DNA of 64,000 nucleotides, taken from positions 15,378,001 to 15,442,000 of the forward strand of contig NC_058383.1 in assembly GCF_018350175.1 (NCBI RefSeq), given 5' to 3'. The stretch is from Felis catus (lineage: Eukaryota). Positions 11,723-25,448 of this stretch are shown one piece after another; position 1 is the stretch's first letter; every line of letters begins with the position of its first letter. The translations under genes were made by a program, and so were the position numbers. The notes below the pieces were generated by a model. The model did not search any database and was not told the DNA's origin. It worked only from the letters and a program-made list of their open reading frames with translations.

Positions 11723-13936
11723 CTAACTTTTTAAATTAAATGTTTTTGCCCTGAGTATTACATGGTATCTTAATTTTTGTTTCAATCATCAAATACGATT
11801 TATAAGAATCATGAGAAAAATTATCATCTGCTGCATGGACCCATATTTCTGATCTTCCCATCATTCTTTCTGACTTCCTGCTGCTCTAATAATCTTTCTT
11901 CTATCATTTCAGTAGGTTAGAAGAACTTCGTTTAGTCAGTTTTTAAGAGCAGATCAGCCAACAACAAATTCTTTGTTCTCTTGCATGCATGTCTGTACTT
12001 AATCTTCATTCTGGAAGGACAGCGTGGCCAGATACAGAATTAATGGTCGCCAGCTCTTTTCTTACAACATTTGAAAACCGTACCGCCTCCCTCTGGCCTC
12101 CATGAATTCAGATGAGAAATCTGGTGCCAAATTAACATTACTACATCATTTATCTCTAGCATCTGTCACGATTTTTTCTTTTTTACTTTTCAGATCCATT
12201 AATTCTAAGAGGTCTTGGTGTGGATTTCTTTCGTTTTATCCCACTTGGGGTTTGTGCTCTTTGTTGTTCAGAGGAGGTAAATTCTATTGACCTATCTGTT
12301 TACAGATCATTCTGTTGACCTGGTGAGGCCACTGATGCTATCTATCCTCTGTCATCTCCACTCTACTACTGAGCCCATTTGGTTTTTTATTTGTTACTGT
12401 GTTTTTCAATTTTAAAATTCCCCCTTGGTTCTTTTTATAATTTCCATTTCTTTGCTGGGATTTTTTATTTTTCATTTGTTTCCAGAGAATTTGTAACTGA
12501 CTGCTGAAGCATCTGTATGACAGCTGCTTTAAAATCCTTGTCAGATTATTCCATCATCTGATTCATCTGGTGTTGGTATCAGTTCATTATCTTTTCTCAT
12601 TCAAGTTGTGATTTTCTTGGTTCTTGGTATGATAGGTGATTTTTATTGCATTCTAGACATTCTGTCTACTATGTCAGGGGACTCTAGATCCTATTTAATT
12701 ACTTTATTTCAGGAGGCAAGTCACTTGAGCATACAGGTTTTTTGTGTGCTGTGGTTCCAGTGTCAAAGTTTAATTTTCCAAACCTTTGCCGTGTAACTTT
12801 GCTTGGGATCCCACTCACTGATCTCTGCTGTTACCATCTGCAGAGGTAGAAGGGGTTCCTCTAGGATGGCTCGCTGGGAGGTCTCGAAGGAGTGAGGAGG
12901 CCAGGTCAGCTGGCTTCCCAGGGTAGGCTGCTCATGCAGCAAAGTTCCTCCGTGATTGCCCCCGACAACCCCAGGAATTGAGTGGGAGAGGGAATCTTAG
13001 GCTCACAGGGACAAAGAGGCTTCCCCAGCTAGACCACTTCCCCACTGATGCCACTTGCCAGGGCCACCCAGCCACCATGTTCTCTCTCCATTGGGAAAGG
13101 AAGCCTCAGGCCCTGCAGGGATGGAAAGCATTTCACAAGTCAGGTCACTTGTTGGAAAAGTAGGTGGTGGGAAGGGATCTCTCTCCACTTTCACTTGGCC
13201 ACCCTCGTATCTCTTAACAGGAAAGCAGAATTTCAGGTCCAACAGGAATGGAGACCACTTGTGCTAGCCACTTCCTGTTAGTGGGGCTCCCAGCTGATCT
13301 CCTTGGCAGTGGTACTGGGCCTGCCCGATCCTGTTGGAGGGACTCTCGTTCCGTACTGGGAATAAATGAGCCTCCTTAGGTGGTTTTCTGTTGCAAGATT
13401 AAGGATTAGGAAACATGGGGTTTGAGTTGCGCTCAGAGACGGGAGATGTAACACATCCTGCTGCTGTACTGCTCCTCCACTCCTGGGGTCTCGAACCAGG
13501 CAGCCTTCCTCTTACCACCTTTCAAAGTTCTCATCTGGTTTTTGTTTCCCAGGGTTCCAGGGTTGTGCACAGCAGGAAGGAACAGGGAGAAAGGGGTTTC
13601 TGCCCTCTTGTCCAGACCACAAATCCTCAGACATTACATTTTGAAAGGAAGTACTCTCACATCTGAAAACTAGTAAATAAGCAGGCTGGAAAGGGAACAA
13701 GATCTGAGTGTAACACATACTTAGAATTAAATCTACGTGATGGGTCTGGGTGGAAATTATAGATAGCCTCAGATTCATTAATCCATGAATTCTTGGCATC
13801 AAAAGGCAAATGAGAGCCTGAGAAAATACAACGGCAGCCAGCAGCCACACTGAATGAATGCAGGACACTATCAGCAGGCAGGCTCTGTGCACGTCAATTT
13901 GGAGATGGGGGTGCAGGGAGAAGAATGGAGGTGGGA

Positions 13937-14397
13937 TGCTGAGAGACAGATCTCCATGGGTCTCTCTCCCTCTGAATATCTTGCAAGCAGCACTAATTGC
14001 CCTCTAGACTATCTTTTCAAAAAGGTTTGTATAGCGAAGAGCCTTAGAAGATCTACTGTCTCTCTGGAGCAAACCACGTATCTGTTTATTGTCCAGGATA
14101 ATAAAGATGTGTCCCTCTATGGCAAAGGTCAGGCAGGAATATCATCAACTATAAAAGTTTCATTTTCCTTAAACTTGGGGTTCCTCTCCTGTAACATACA
14201 TAACACATGTTACCTGGCCCTTCTACAGCTGCTTCACAGGAACTGGGGGCTCAGGAACCAGAGCAAATAATGATATTCTGGCTACAGCTATTATTATAAT
14301 ATACAATCCATGCTTTCTGCCAGCATCCATGACACTCTAGCCGGCTAACCTGTTAGCTTGCAAGAAGGGTAAAATTTCAGACTCTAATTTGTGACAG
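13937..14397 (+). mobile_element. ERVL-class solo LTR, LTR40-like
   Basis: Starts tgctgagagacagatctccatgggtctctc, contains gactatcttttcaa..gtttgtatagcgaa..gccttagaagat, ends tgtgaca; matches recalled LTR40 consensus. Confidence 0.7.
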
Positions 14398-14415
14398 AGA
14401 ATAGAGAACTCAATG

Positions 14416-14630
14416 CAGACGTCAATAAACTATAGTCCACGGGACAAAAACATCCGTTTCTGTAAATAAAGTCTTGTCGGAACACTGTCACCCAAACTTG
14501 TTTACTTACTGCCTATGGCTCCTTTTCTGCTACAATGGCAGAACCAAGAAGTCACAACACAGATCAGATGACCCACAAATGTTAAAAAGTCACTACCTGG
14601 CCCTTCAAGGAAAACTCTGCTGGCCCCTGA
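14416..14630. mobile_element. MER58A-like hAT-Charlie MITE
   Basis: tgtaaataaagtc..ggaacac, cctatggctcctttt..ctacaatggcaga, ctggcccttcaaggaaaa..gctggcccctg. Confidence 0.75.
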
Positions 14631-17016
14631 CTTAGATATTTCTTTCATTTTCTAGAACAAAATAAACTCCAAACTGATTAAACTGTTAAAAAAAGTACTA
14701 ATGGGAGAAGAATTGGGGGAAAGGTGGAGGGTCAGAGCTGGAATCAGTCCCCCGACCTGGACAACATCTGCACTGGCAGAATCTATCTGATAGAACTATT
14801 TCGGAACTCACTGCTGAAGGCTTGCAACTTCCAGGTAAAGGCTGGAACAGTTCATTTCAGCTCTTAGCACAGTAGGAGCTCCCCAGCCCCCAGCCCCAGC
14901 CATTTGGCAGACAGCTGTGCATGTGTTCCCGGGGCAGCTTGCACATAACTAGGGCAGGCAAAAAGGACCCTGTCCTGCAAAATACTGGGGACCTGTGTTC
15001 TGACTACTAATTGCGGCTTCTGATCATGGAAGTACAGAGAGGTGCGCGGCCATCGTTGCTCCTCTCCCCATTTTTGCAGGGCCCTACCCCTCCAGCTCAA
15101 GTGACTGCCAGGAGATTGGAAGGACCGCTACCTATTTTGATCCCCCTTGACTTTTTGCTGTCACCCTTTCAGGAGCCAGATGTTAAAAATTAGGATATTC
15201 AAAACAACTGAATATCACCTTCAGGGAAAAATAGAAAGTCACTGTGCATGCCCAAGGAAAGGCTCAGGAAACACATAGTTAACATATTAAGTTTATACCT
15301 CAGCCTAATCCTTACAGAGAGAGCATACAAAACTCAATAAAACAAAAACAACAACAAAAAACAGCAAACCCTGTACAAGGGGGAGAATCTGATTTCCAGA
15401 GTTACCACACGATGAGCTTCAGATGTCCACAACAAAGACACAGGAAGTATGTCCCATTCAAAGGGAAAAAAATAATTCAACAGAACCTATTCCTGAAAAA
15501 TACTTTATGGCAGATACATTAGACAGACTTTAAAAACACTGTCCTAAAGATGCTCCAAGAACTACAGGAAGATGTGGAAAAAATCAACAAAACAACATAT
15601 GAACAAAATGGAAATATCAGTAAAGAGCTAAGAAGCCTAAAAAGAAACCAAAAAGAAATTCTGGAGCTGAAAAGTATAATAATTGAAATGAAAAATTCAC
15701 TAGAGATACTCAAGGGCAGATTTGAGCAGGCAGAAGAATCAGTGAACTTGGAGGTAAGAAGATGGAAATTACCAAGGCTGAGGAGCACAAAGAAAAGCGA
15801 AAAGAGCTCAAGGGACCTGTGGGACACATCAGGCAGAACAACACGCACTTCGCAGGTGCCCCAGGAGAAAAGAGCCGGAGGCAGAGAGAATATATGAAGA
15901 AATAGTAGCTGGAAACTTCCCAAATTTGATGACAGTCATAAATATAAACATCTGAGAAACTCAACAAACTCCAAGTAAGATGAACTCAAAGAGACCTACA
16001 CCAAGACACATTATATTCGAAGTTTCCAAAGGGAAAGACAAAGAATCAACCTTGAAAGCGGCAAGAGAAAAGTGAATCATCACATACAAGGGAGCATTCA
16101 TAAGATTATGGGCAGATTTCTCATCTGAAACTCAGGGGGTCAGAAGGCAATGGACCAATATACTCAAAGTGCTAAAAGGAAAAAAACACTATAAACCAAG
16201 AATCCTATATCTGGCAAAACTGTCCTTCAGAAGTGAGGGAGAAATCAAGACATTTCCAGAGGAATAAAAGTTGAGGCAGTTCATGACCACTAGACCTGCC
16301 CCGAGCATTTCTTGCTCAAGGGATTTCTGCAGGTGAAATGAAGGAACAGCAGGCAGGACCCCAAAGCCAGATGGAGACGTAAAGTTCTCAATAAAGGTAA
16401 ATATAGGGGAATTGTGAAAGCTGGTGTTATTGTAACAATGGTTTGTAGCTTTTTTTTCCTACTTGATTTAAGAGACTAATATGTATTAAAAAAATTATTA
16501 GTGTAAGGCTGGTATTACTGTAACTTTGGTTTATAATTCCAAATCTTGTTCTCTACATGATTTAGATGACTGCATTTAAAGGAGTTATTAGTTTACATTT
16601 CTGGGCTCACAATGTGTAAAGATGTAATTCTGTGGCACCAATAACTGAAAAGGGTGGAGACAGAGCTATAAAGGTGCAGTTTTTGTATGTTATTGAAGTT
16701 AAGCTATAATAAATTTAAATTTAAATGTTATAACTTTAAGATGTGAAATGTTATCCCCATGGTAACCACAAAGAAAACAGCTATAGAATATACACAAAAG
16801 GAAATTAAGAAGGAATTTAAACATTTCACTACAAAAAAATCACTAAACAAGACAAAAAGGAAATGAGGGACAAAAATGCAGTAGGGCACACAGGAAAAAA
16901 AAAAAGAGCACAACGACAGAAGTAAGCCCCCCTTATAGTAATTACTTTAAATTTAAATGGATTAAACTCTAATCAAAAGATGGGAGATTGGCAGAATGCA
17001 CAAAAATACATGATCC

Positions 17017-17173
17017 AGGGGCACCTGAGTGGCTTGGTCGGTTAAGACTCTGACTAGTGGTTTCAGCTGAGGTCATGATCTCATGGTTCTTGAGTTCGAG
17101 CCCCGCGTTGGGATTCTCCCTCTCCCTCCCCAGCTTGCTCAAAATGAACTTAAAAAAAAAAAAAAAAAAAAAA
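17017..17173 (+). mobile_element. CAN SINE (short type)
   Basis: Head, B box gttcgagcc, long A-tail. Confidence 0.88.
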
Positions 17174-17347
17174 ACTACACAATCCAACTCTGCTGTATAC
17201 AAGAGGCTCACTGTACATCCAAAGACACACACAGGTCAGAAGTTAAAGGATGGAAAGATATTCTGTGCAAACAGTAACCATAAGAGAGCAGGAGTGGCTA
17301 TACTCTCATCAGACAAAAAAGACTTCAAATTGAACAAAGATTACATT

Positions 17348-17541
17348 GGGGCATATGACTTCAGCTCAGGTCACGCTCTCACAGCTCGTGGGTTCAAGCC
17401 CCACATCAGGCTCTGTCAGCACAGAGCCTGGACCCTGCTTCAGATTCTGTGTCTCCCTATCTCTGCCCCTCCTCCGCTCGTGCTCTGTGTGTCGCTCTCT
17501 CTCAAAAATAAATAAATATTTTAAAAAGTTAAAAAAAAAAA
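17348..17541 (+). mobile_element. CAN SINE (5' internally deleted)
   Basis: cttcagctcaggtcacg..agagcctgga..ctctcaaaaataaataa. Confidence 0.88.
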
Positions 17542-17899
17542 GAATTACAAGGAACCAAAGACATTATATATTATAAAAGATTCAAAACAGCAAGATATAA
17601 CAATTACAGACATTTATACACCAAATGACAGATCTTCAAAACATATGAAGCAGAAATGGATAGAGTTGGAGGGAGAAAAAGACAGCTCTACAATAACTGT
17701 TGGAGACTTCAATGAAGAGAACAACCAGAGAGAAGACAAGGAAGGAAACACAGGACTTCACAAAAAAGACCAGCTAGATCTAAGAGACGTATGCAGAACA
17801 CTCCACACAATTAACAACAGATACACATTCTTCTCCACTAAGCATCGGACATTTCTAGGATAGACCATTAATTAGGCCAAAAATAAAGTCTTAACAGAT

Positions 17900-18119
17900 T
17901 TTTTTAATTTTTTTTAACACTTATTTATTATATTATTGAGAGAGAGACAGAGCATGAGTATGGGAGGGGCAGAGAAAGAGGGAAACACAGAATCTGAAGC
18001 AGGCTCCATGCTCTGCACTGTCAGCACACAGCCCGATGCAGGGATCTAATTCACAAACCGGGAGATCATGAACTGAGCCAAAGTCAAACACTCAACCAAC
18101 TGACCCACCCAGGTGCCCC
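17900..18119 (-). mobile_element. CAN SINE
   Basis: TSD aagtcttaacagatttt. Confidence 0.92.
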
Positions 18120-18410
18120 AAGTCTTAACAGATTTTAAGAGATAGATATCATACCAACCATCTTCTCTGACCACAATGCAATGGAGTTAGAAATCAGTAA
18201 CATAAAGAAAACTGGAAAGTTCACAAAATAATGGAAATTAAACTGCACACTTTACACTTTTAAACAACCAATGGATCAAAGAAGAAATCAAAAGGGAAAT
18301 TAGAAAATACTTAAGAGATGAATGAAAATGAAAAACAAACATACCAAAATTTATGGGATGCATCAAAAGCAGTGCTAAGGGAGAAATTTACAGCTATAAA
18401 TGCTTATATT

Positions 18411-18483
18411 AGGAAGGAAGGAAGGAAGGAAGGAAGGAAGGAAGGAAGGAAGGAAGGAAGGAAGGAAGGAAGGAAGGAAGGAG
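18411..18483 (+). repeat. (AGGA)~18 microsatellite inside L1 ORF2
   Basis: Read directly; perfect repeat. Confidence 0.97.
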
Positions 18484-18536
18484 TTCAAATCAACAACCTA
18501 ACTTTACAACTTAAGGAATTAGAAAAAGAATGAACA

Positions 18537-18768
18537 GGGCGCCTGTGGCTCAGTCGGTTGAGTTTCCGACTTCAGCTCAGGTCATGATCTCACGGTCTGT
18601 GAGTTCAAGCCCCACGTCAGGCTCTGTGCTAACAGCTCAGAGCCTGGAGCCTGCTTCAAGATTCTGTGTGTGTCTCTCTCTCTCTGACCCTCCCCCATTC
18701 ATGCTCTGTCTCTCTCTGTCTCAAAAATAAAATAAAACATTAAAAAAATTTTTTTAATAAAAAAAAAA
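18537..18768 (+). mobile_element. CAN SINE (SINEC_Fc-like)
   Basis: Head, body, CT tract and A-tail. Confidence 0.93.
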
Positions 18769-20119
18769 GAACAAATCCAAAACTAGCAGAAGGAATGAAA
18801 TAATGACGATTAGATCAATGAAACAGACAATAGAAAAACAACAGATAAAAATCAACAAAACAAAAGTGAGTTTTTCAAAAAGACTGACAAAAATCAACAA
18901 ACCTTTAGCTACATGGGACTCAAAAAAAGAGAGAAGACTCAAATTACTAAAATCAGTAATGAAAGTGGGGACATTACTACCAATTCTACAGAAATAAAAA
19001 AGATATGAGAGTACTATGAACAAATGTATGCCAAGAAATTGGATAAACTAGCTGAAATGGACAAATTTCTAGAAACACAAAACCTACCAGAAATCACAAA
19101 GAAAAAGAAAACCTGTATAAGACCTATCGCTAATAAGAAGACTGAATCAGTAATCACCAATCTCCCAGCAACCACAACAAAAGCCCAAGATCTGATTTCT
19201 TCACTGGGTGAATTCTACCAAGGACTTAAAGAACTAATACCAATCGAAAAATGGGCAAAGAATAGACATTTCCCCAAAGAAAATACACAAATGGCCAATA
19301 AGCGCGTGAAAAGATGCTCACCAACACTAACAATCAGGGAATGCAAATCAGAACTACAATGATACCTCACATCCATTAGGATGGCTATCATCCAAAACCA
19401 AAAACAAAGCAAGTGTTGGTGAGGATGTACAAAACTGGAACCCCTGTGTACTGTTGATGGGAATGCAAAATGGTATAGCTCCAGTGTTAAACAGTATGGA
19501 GGCTCCTCAAACAACTAAAAATTGAATTCCCATATAACCCAGCAATTCCACTTTTGTGGATGTAGCCAAAAGATTTGAAAACAGGATCAAAGAGATATTT
19601 GTACACCCATGTTCACAGCAGCATTGTTCATAACAGCTAAAACATGGAAGCAACCCAAGTGTTTATCAACACAAAAATGGATAAATAAAAATATGATATA
19701 TGTACATACAATGGAATATTATTCAAATTTAAAAAGGAAAGAAATTCTAACACATGCCACAACATGGATGAACCCTGAGGACACTATGCTAAGTAAAATA
19801 AGCCAGTCACAAAAAGACCAACACTGTATGATTTCACTTATTTGAGATACTCAGAGTAGTCAAAATCATAGAAGCAGAAAAATATGGTGGTTGCCAGGGG
19901 CTGTGGAGAGGGAAGAATGGGAAGTTAGTGTTTAATAGGTATAAAGTTTGTTTTGCAAGATTAGGACTTATGGGGATGGATGGCGGTGATAGCTGCATAA
20001 GGTAAAGTATTTAATACCACTGAACCATATACTTAAAAGTGGCTAAGTTGGGAAACTTTAACAGAATAAAAAAAAAAAAAACTTAGTCTTAAAAAGTAAT
20101 ACAAAGACAGAAGTCACTA

Positions 20120-20340
20120 GGGGGGCCTGGGTGGCTCGGTCAGTTAACCGTCCAACTTCAGCTCAGGTCATGACCTCACGGTTCATTGGTTCGAGCCCAA
20201 GTCAGGCTCTGTGCTGACAGCTCAGAGCCTGGAGCCTGCTTCGGATTCTGTGACTCCTTCTCTCTCTGCACCTCCCACACACACTCTCTCTCTCTCTCAA
20301 AAAAAAATAAACATTAAAATATTAAAAAAAAAAAAAAAAA
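20120..20340 (+). mobile_element. CAN SINE
   Basis: TSD agaagtcac; long A-tail. Confidence 0.93.
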
Positions 20341-20519
20341 AGAAGTCACCATTTTCTAAATCCCTGGGTGAGAAAGAATTCCATAAGCTTAAAAAAATAG
20401 AAAAAACCACAAAGGCAACATTAAATGAATAAAAATAAACAAAAATATAAAATTTAAGCATATCAAACAACCACCACCACCTCCAAAGGGGCAAAAAATA
20501 GACTAAGAAAAAAATTTTT

Positions 20520-20708
20520 TTTTCAATTTTCTCTTTTTAAAGCTTATTTATTTTGAGAGAGACAGAGATAGCACAAATTAGGGAGGGGCAGAGAGAGAGA
20601 GAGAGAGAGAATCCCAAGTCCCCGATGTGGGGCTCGAACCCACAACATGACCTGAGCTGAAACAAGAGTCACACGCTTAATAACCGACTGAGCCATCCAG
20701 GCACCCCT
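20520..20708 (-). mobile_element. CAN SINE (internally deleted)
   Basis: Reverse-complement SINE with (GA)n. Confidence 0.88.
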
Positions 20709-21544
20709 AAAATTTTTTCAATAAATGATAGATCCAGACTTTAACAGCTTTACAAACAGTTCATAGGAAATTATAAGGAAGGATAGTTAGCAAACCTTTT
20801 CCATTTGTAATATCATTTCTAGGACTCTATATAATCTAAATGCACACAAAGCTTTATATAAAAACACATTCTTCACATAATTGCTTATATTAGAGGGAGA
20901 AAAAAAACACACATCACCAGGTGAATGCCAAATTAAATTATGGCACTTTCATCAATAATTACATAGTCACTATGCTTCGGAAAGATTTTTCAATAGGAAA
21001 AATGCTTGTTATAATGTTCAGTGAAAAAAACTGATACAAAATTTCATATACAACATGATTTCAAATACATAAAAACATGCATAAAGGTGAGTAGTAAAAA
21101 AAGGCTGAAAGAAAATACACTTTAAGATTTCTGTAAGGTAGAATGTAAGTTTTATTTTCTATATTTTTCTTATTTTTTACAAAAGGACATGTGTTATTTT
21201 AATAAATAAACAAAAGCAGTTTTGCTAAGGAAAAATGATTTGAATGAGAAACTTGCATAGCATCATCCACAAGTCTGTGAATCTTTTTCACTAAATATAA
21301 GGTCACAGATTTAAGCACTGTCTGATTGTATTTTTTCGCCAGAATGTGATAGCTTTTCCAACTGCTATCTGCGTAATTCATCACCATGCACCCTACTTCA
21401 CACTATTCTCAAGTGCTGACGATGTGCTTTTTCACCACTTACTTGTGGCTGAGCATTTCAATAAGACTTATAGACATTCCCCTCCCACAACTGATTGTGT
21501 TCTGGCAGAACTCACTGCATGGGAACAATTATACGAATAACTGG

Positions 21545-22300
21545 GAATTTCTCATCAGAAACCAATGAAGACCAGACAACCATGGAGAAGTATCTCTGAA
21601 GTGCTAAAAGAAAGGCTGTCAATCCACAATTCTACACGCAGCAAAAACAAAGAATGAAAGCAAAATGCCGACATCGTCAGGTCAAGAAAAACTAAGAGAA
21701 TTCACTGCCACCTGACCTACTCTGAGACATACTAAAGGAAGCCAAGGCAGACAGATGGGGAAAGGCTAGTATGCAACCACTAATCAAAACAAAGCTAGGA
21801 TATCTGAATTAACATCAGACAATTTAACTTCTTTTAATTTTTTTTTTTAACGTTTATTTACTTTTGAGACAGAGAGAGACAGAGCATGAATGCGGGAGGG
21901 TCAGAGAGAGAGGGAGACACAGAATCTGAAACAGGCTCCAGGCTCTGAGCTGTCAGCACAGAGCCCGACGCGGGGCTCGAACTCACGGACGTGAGATCAT
22001 GACCTGGGCCGAAGTCGGGCGCTCAACCGACTGAGCCACCCAGGTGCCCCAGACAATTTAACTTCTAAACAAGGACCCCTACCATAGGTAACAAGGGACA
22101 TTACATAATGATAAAAGTGTAGATTCACCATGCAGACCTAAGAATCCTAAGTGTGAATGTACCTAACATCAGAGCTTCAACGTACATGAGGCAAAAACTG
22201 ATACAAAAGAAACGGGCAAATCCACAATGAGAGCTGGAGTTTTCCACACTCCTCTCTAACAGAACGAGACTGAAAATATGTAAGGATATAAAAACTATTA
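21545..22300 (+). mobile_element. Old L1M fragment (ORF1 end and ORF2 endonuclease start)
   Basis: tctcatcagaaaccaatgaagaccaga, aaagtgtagattcacca, gagttttccacactcctctc. Confidence 0.65.
21832..22050 (-). mobile_element. CAN SINE (SINEC_Fc)
   Basis: TSD agacaatttaacttct. Confidence 0.95.
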
Positions 22301-23129
22301 CCAAGTCAACCTCTGATCTGGGTTTGGGTTTACTGGAGTTTTATCTGGGGCTGGGGAGAGGGAAACAGGAAAAGACGTACAGGAAAGACAGGAGAGGGAA
22401 CCTTTTCACCAAGCTGAATTACAAAATCAGTGAAGGCAGGCATCTCTCACATCCCCATTACCTTGCACTTGTCTCTGAGCACAGAGAATATATGCCGACA
22501 GACTAACCATGGGTATAGCACAGCCACATTCCATTTCTCCTACTCCCTGTGCCATTGACTTGTGATTTTTCTATAATACCTTTGCTACTTAACAGTAATA
22601 AAGCCACAACCACAAAGGAAAGTAAAAGGGCCATATCATACGTGATATATGCTATACATAAATGTTATATATGACATATATGGCATATACATTTACATAT
22701 ATATTTATGATAAATACATATTTCTTTTCCAGACTGCAGTGGTAAAGACAGGAAAATACACTCTCAATTAAAGTGACCACCAAATAGGCAACTCCTCCTC
22801 CATCGGTATCCTTACAAGGTCATGATTTCCTGCTGAAAGAACCTCCTACTCCCCACAACTCCATTCAGATGACAGAGGTTTAGAAAACGAAGATGGCAAA
22901 GCCACAAAACTTGATAGAATGCTTGCCAGGCCCTTTGTCTTTCAAGCAAATACCCCTTGACAGAGAACCAAGAAAAGAAAAAAAGAGAATAAACCCCACT
23001 TCCTGTCCTGTTCTCCACATTCTCATCTATATCTATGTCTATACGATGAGAGTTGCCACACACAGGTGTGTAACACCCACCAAGTCAGCAGCAAACCATG
23101 ACCACTTCCTTATAAGGAGCCAATATCAT

Positions 23130-23612
23130 CTGGTTCCAGTACCTACACACTGGCCCGAAACTCAGTGGCTTAACACAACACCGATCTGCTATTTTCCCTG
23201 TTAATTCTGTGGGTCAGTTGGGTGGTTTCCCCACTCCCTATAGGGTCTGTGCTAAGGTTACTCATACAGCTGGAACAAGAGGCAGTCTGGCTGGGGCTAC
23301 ACATCCCAGAAGACCTCACTCACATGTCTGACACTGGATGCTGGCTCGGGGGGGCCTTGCTCCTTTCCCCCATTAGTTTAGACTGGCTTCTTTAGAGCAC
23401 AACAGCTGGGTTCTCGGAGGAAGCCTTCCAAAAGGAGAAGCCTCGATGTCCAAGCACCTATCAGGCCTCCACTTGCACTGTGCTTGCTCACAGCCCAACA
23501 GCCCAAGTAGGTCCAATGGCCAAGCCTAGAGTCCTTGTGAGAGAGGATTGCAAGAGTGTGACTATTGGGAGTCATGGTTCACTGAGGGCTGCCCAGTTAA
23601 TAGACTACTACA
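23130..23612 (-). mobile_element. MaLR LTR (MLT1H/J-like)
   Basis: aaactcagtggcttaacacaac, cctcactcacatgtctg and ggccaagcctagagtc motifs; ends ctactaca. Confidence 0.7.
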
Positions 23613-25067
23613 TCATTTATACCAATTAGGTTCACTCCAAGCCTGAAGGCAAAAATTCTGCACATCATAATTTATTAGTTTTCAAAGAGCTTTCACACTC
23701 AATATAACCGCTAATAGCTCTAGATCAATTTTTGGCTTATTATAACAAAATCCTTTTAATATATGGTGATTACTGCAGCTCTCTGGGTAGACAGGCAAAT
23801 ATTCTGATTTTAGATATTTAAGATATGTTTACTTAATACACAATCACCATATTCTGTGCTAAGTGATTTAGAGGAAAAATGAATGATTCTGACTTCATTG
23901 TTATGTATTTTTTATAAAACCCTAAAGTTCTTACTGTAGAAAACATAAAAGCTTTCTAGACTATTCAAAAACACAAATAAATTTTTAAAATTCTTTACAT
24001 TGAAATCAAATGGAAATATATTAAGAAATAACAAATCACCACCATAGTCACACAGATATACAATTTATTGCAAAGAACTTTAGAACACACATTTGGAATG
24101 TATGCTCTTAATGGGATGCATTCTATTGGCAGAAGGAGCTACAATGAATTTATTTCTCCTCTTCAAAATTATGGAGGACCCTAAAGAACTTTCATTTGTG
24201 TGGTTTATATCCATCAATATTTACATAAAAGAAATTAGAACCAAGAAATGTTTAAAATATTTCTTAGTATTTCAATTACGATAATTACAAGCCCATTACG
24301 TGTTAACACAATAGCATGGTTTTATGAAAAATATATTTTCCAAGACCAAAAAAAAAAAAAGCATAAAACAGTTGGATTCTTATAGATGTTTCTATATTCC
24401 AACTGTTGTGATATGTTATTTTGGTTATGGTATATGAACAAAACCCAGCCTCAGACAGATATGCAGCTGGAAAAAAGTAGTATTTTAATAGCCTTTTCAG
24501 AAAATTGTAAACGTTCTACTCTAATACTAAACCAAAAGTCCACAAGTTTCATTAAATATTAACTGCATTATGGAATCTGAAAACATACTAATGAACTTTT
24601 CATGTTTTGTTACATTAAAATACATTTGTCTACCTTGCACTTTGAATTTGATTTTATAACATCATGTATTGAAAAACACTGGTTCACAAAGTTATGCAGA
24701 TCTTCCAAATACTGACACATTTCATTGTATAATATTTTAAAAATCACACTTTTTAAAATCACAACTGATCTCATCACTAAACTTTTCAAGTATTGGGAGG
24801 CTGCCAAACTTATGGCAACTAATACAAGTTTTCCAAAATTCTACTTTGCCTTTTTAAAGCTCAACTTTATTACTGGCAATAACTACTTTCAGTGGTTTTC
24901 CTTGAAGTGTCAGGCTGACTTTGGTTATTAAAATATATGTATATATATTGGCCACATACCTAAGCCTGAATAACCATACTTCATTGTTTTTGTACATTAA
25001 AATGGCATTCCATGAACACAGCAACTTACAACCTAACTGCAAAAATGCTTTCCTAAAGACAACTGTA

Positions 25068-25284
25068 GGGGCGTCTGGGTGGCTCAGTCAATTAAGCGTC
25101 CAACTTTGGCTCAGGTCAAGACCTTGTAGTATGGGGGTTTGAACCCCACATCAGGCTCTGTGCTGACAGCTCAGAGCCTGGAGCCTGCTTTGGATTCTGT
25201 GTCCCCTTCGCTCTCTGCCCCTCCCCCGCTAGCACTCGGTCTCTCTCTCTTTCTCAAAAATAAACATTAAAAAAACAAAACAAA
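25068..25284 (+). mobile_element. CAN SINE
   Basis: TSD aagacaactgta. Confidence 0.93.
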
Positions 25285-25448
25285 AAGACAACTGTATCCT
25301 TTGGTATGCAACAAAAGTGCTTTACACATACTTGCCATTTCTTCATTTAATATTCTTCAGATATTAAATACTCTTTAGATATTCTTCAAAATATTAAAAA
25401 GACAGATAGTCACAGGTAGAGATGTTTTTAAATAATTTCTGCAACTTC

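Larger units (their letters stand above)
7380..13640 (-). mobile_element. Old L1M, sense to TYW1, fragmented (ORF2 pieces, ORF1 and 5' region); hosts nested L1s at about 8117-10460 and a SINE
   Basis: Reverse ORF2 peptides (NKPWVKEEVSKE..AVLIGKFTAVNAYIR); the sequence resumes after the GGAA tract at about 10460. Confidence 0.75.
14700..20081 (+). mobile_element. Long degenerate L1MB-like element: 5' region, ORF1, ORF2 endonuclease, large internal deletion near 19240, 3' UTR, poly-A; four SINE insertions
   Basis: ORF1 coiled-coil peptide (15550-15897), EN motif TITVGDFN (17645-17863), [14 protein letters not shown], 3' end with A-tail at 20068-20081. Confidence 0.88.

Noticed and set aside
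13854..14270. 138-aa ORF
   Set aside because: Lies largely within an LTR40-like LTR; no recognisable protein
15550..15897. Coiled-coil ORF as a novel or domesticated protein
   Set aside because: Degenerate L1 ORF1, frameshifted and followed by stops
22630..22725. AT-rich quasi-palindromic stretch as a miRNA or structured RNA
   Set aside because: Degenerate (TA/CATATA)n low-complexity sequence is self-complementary by composition
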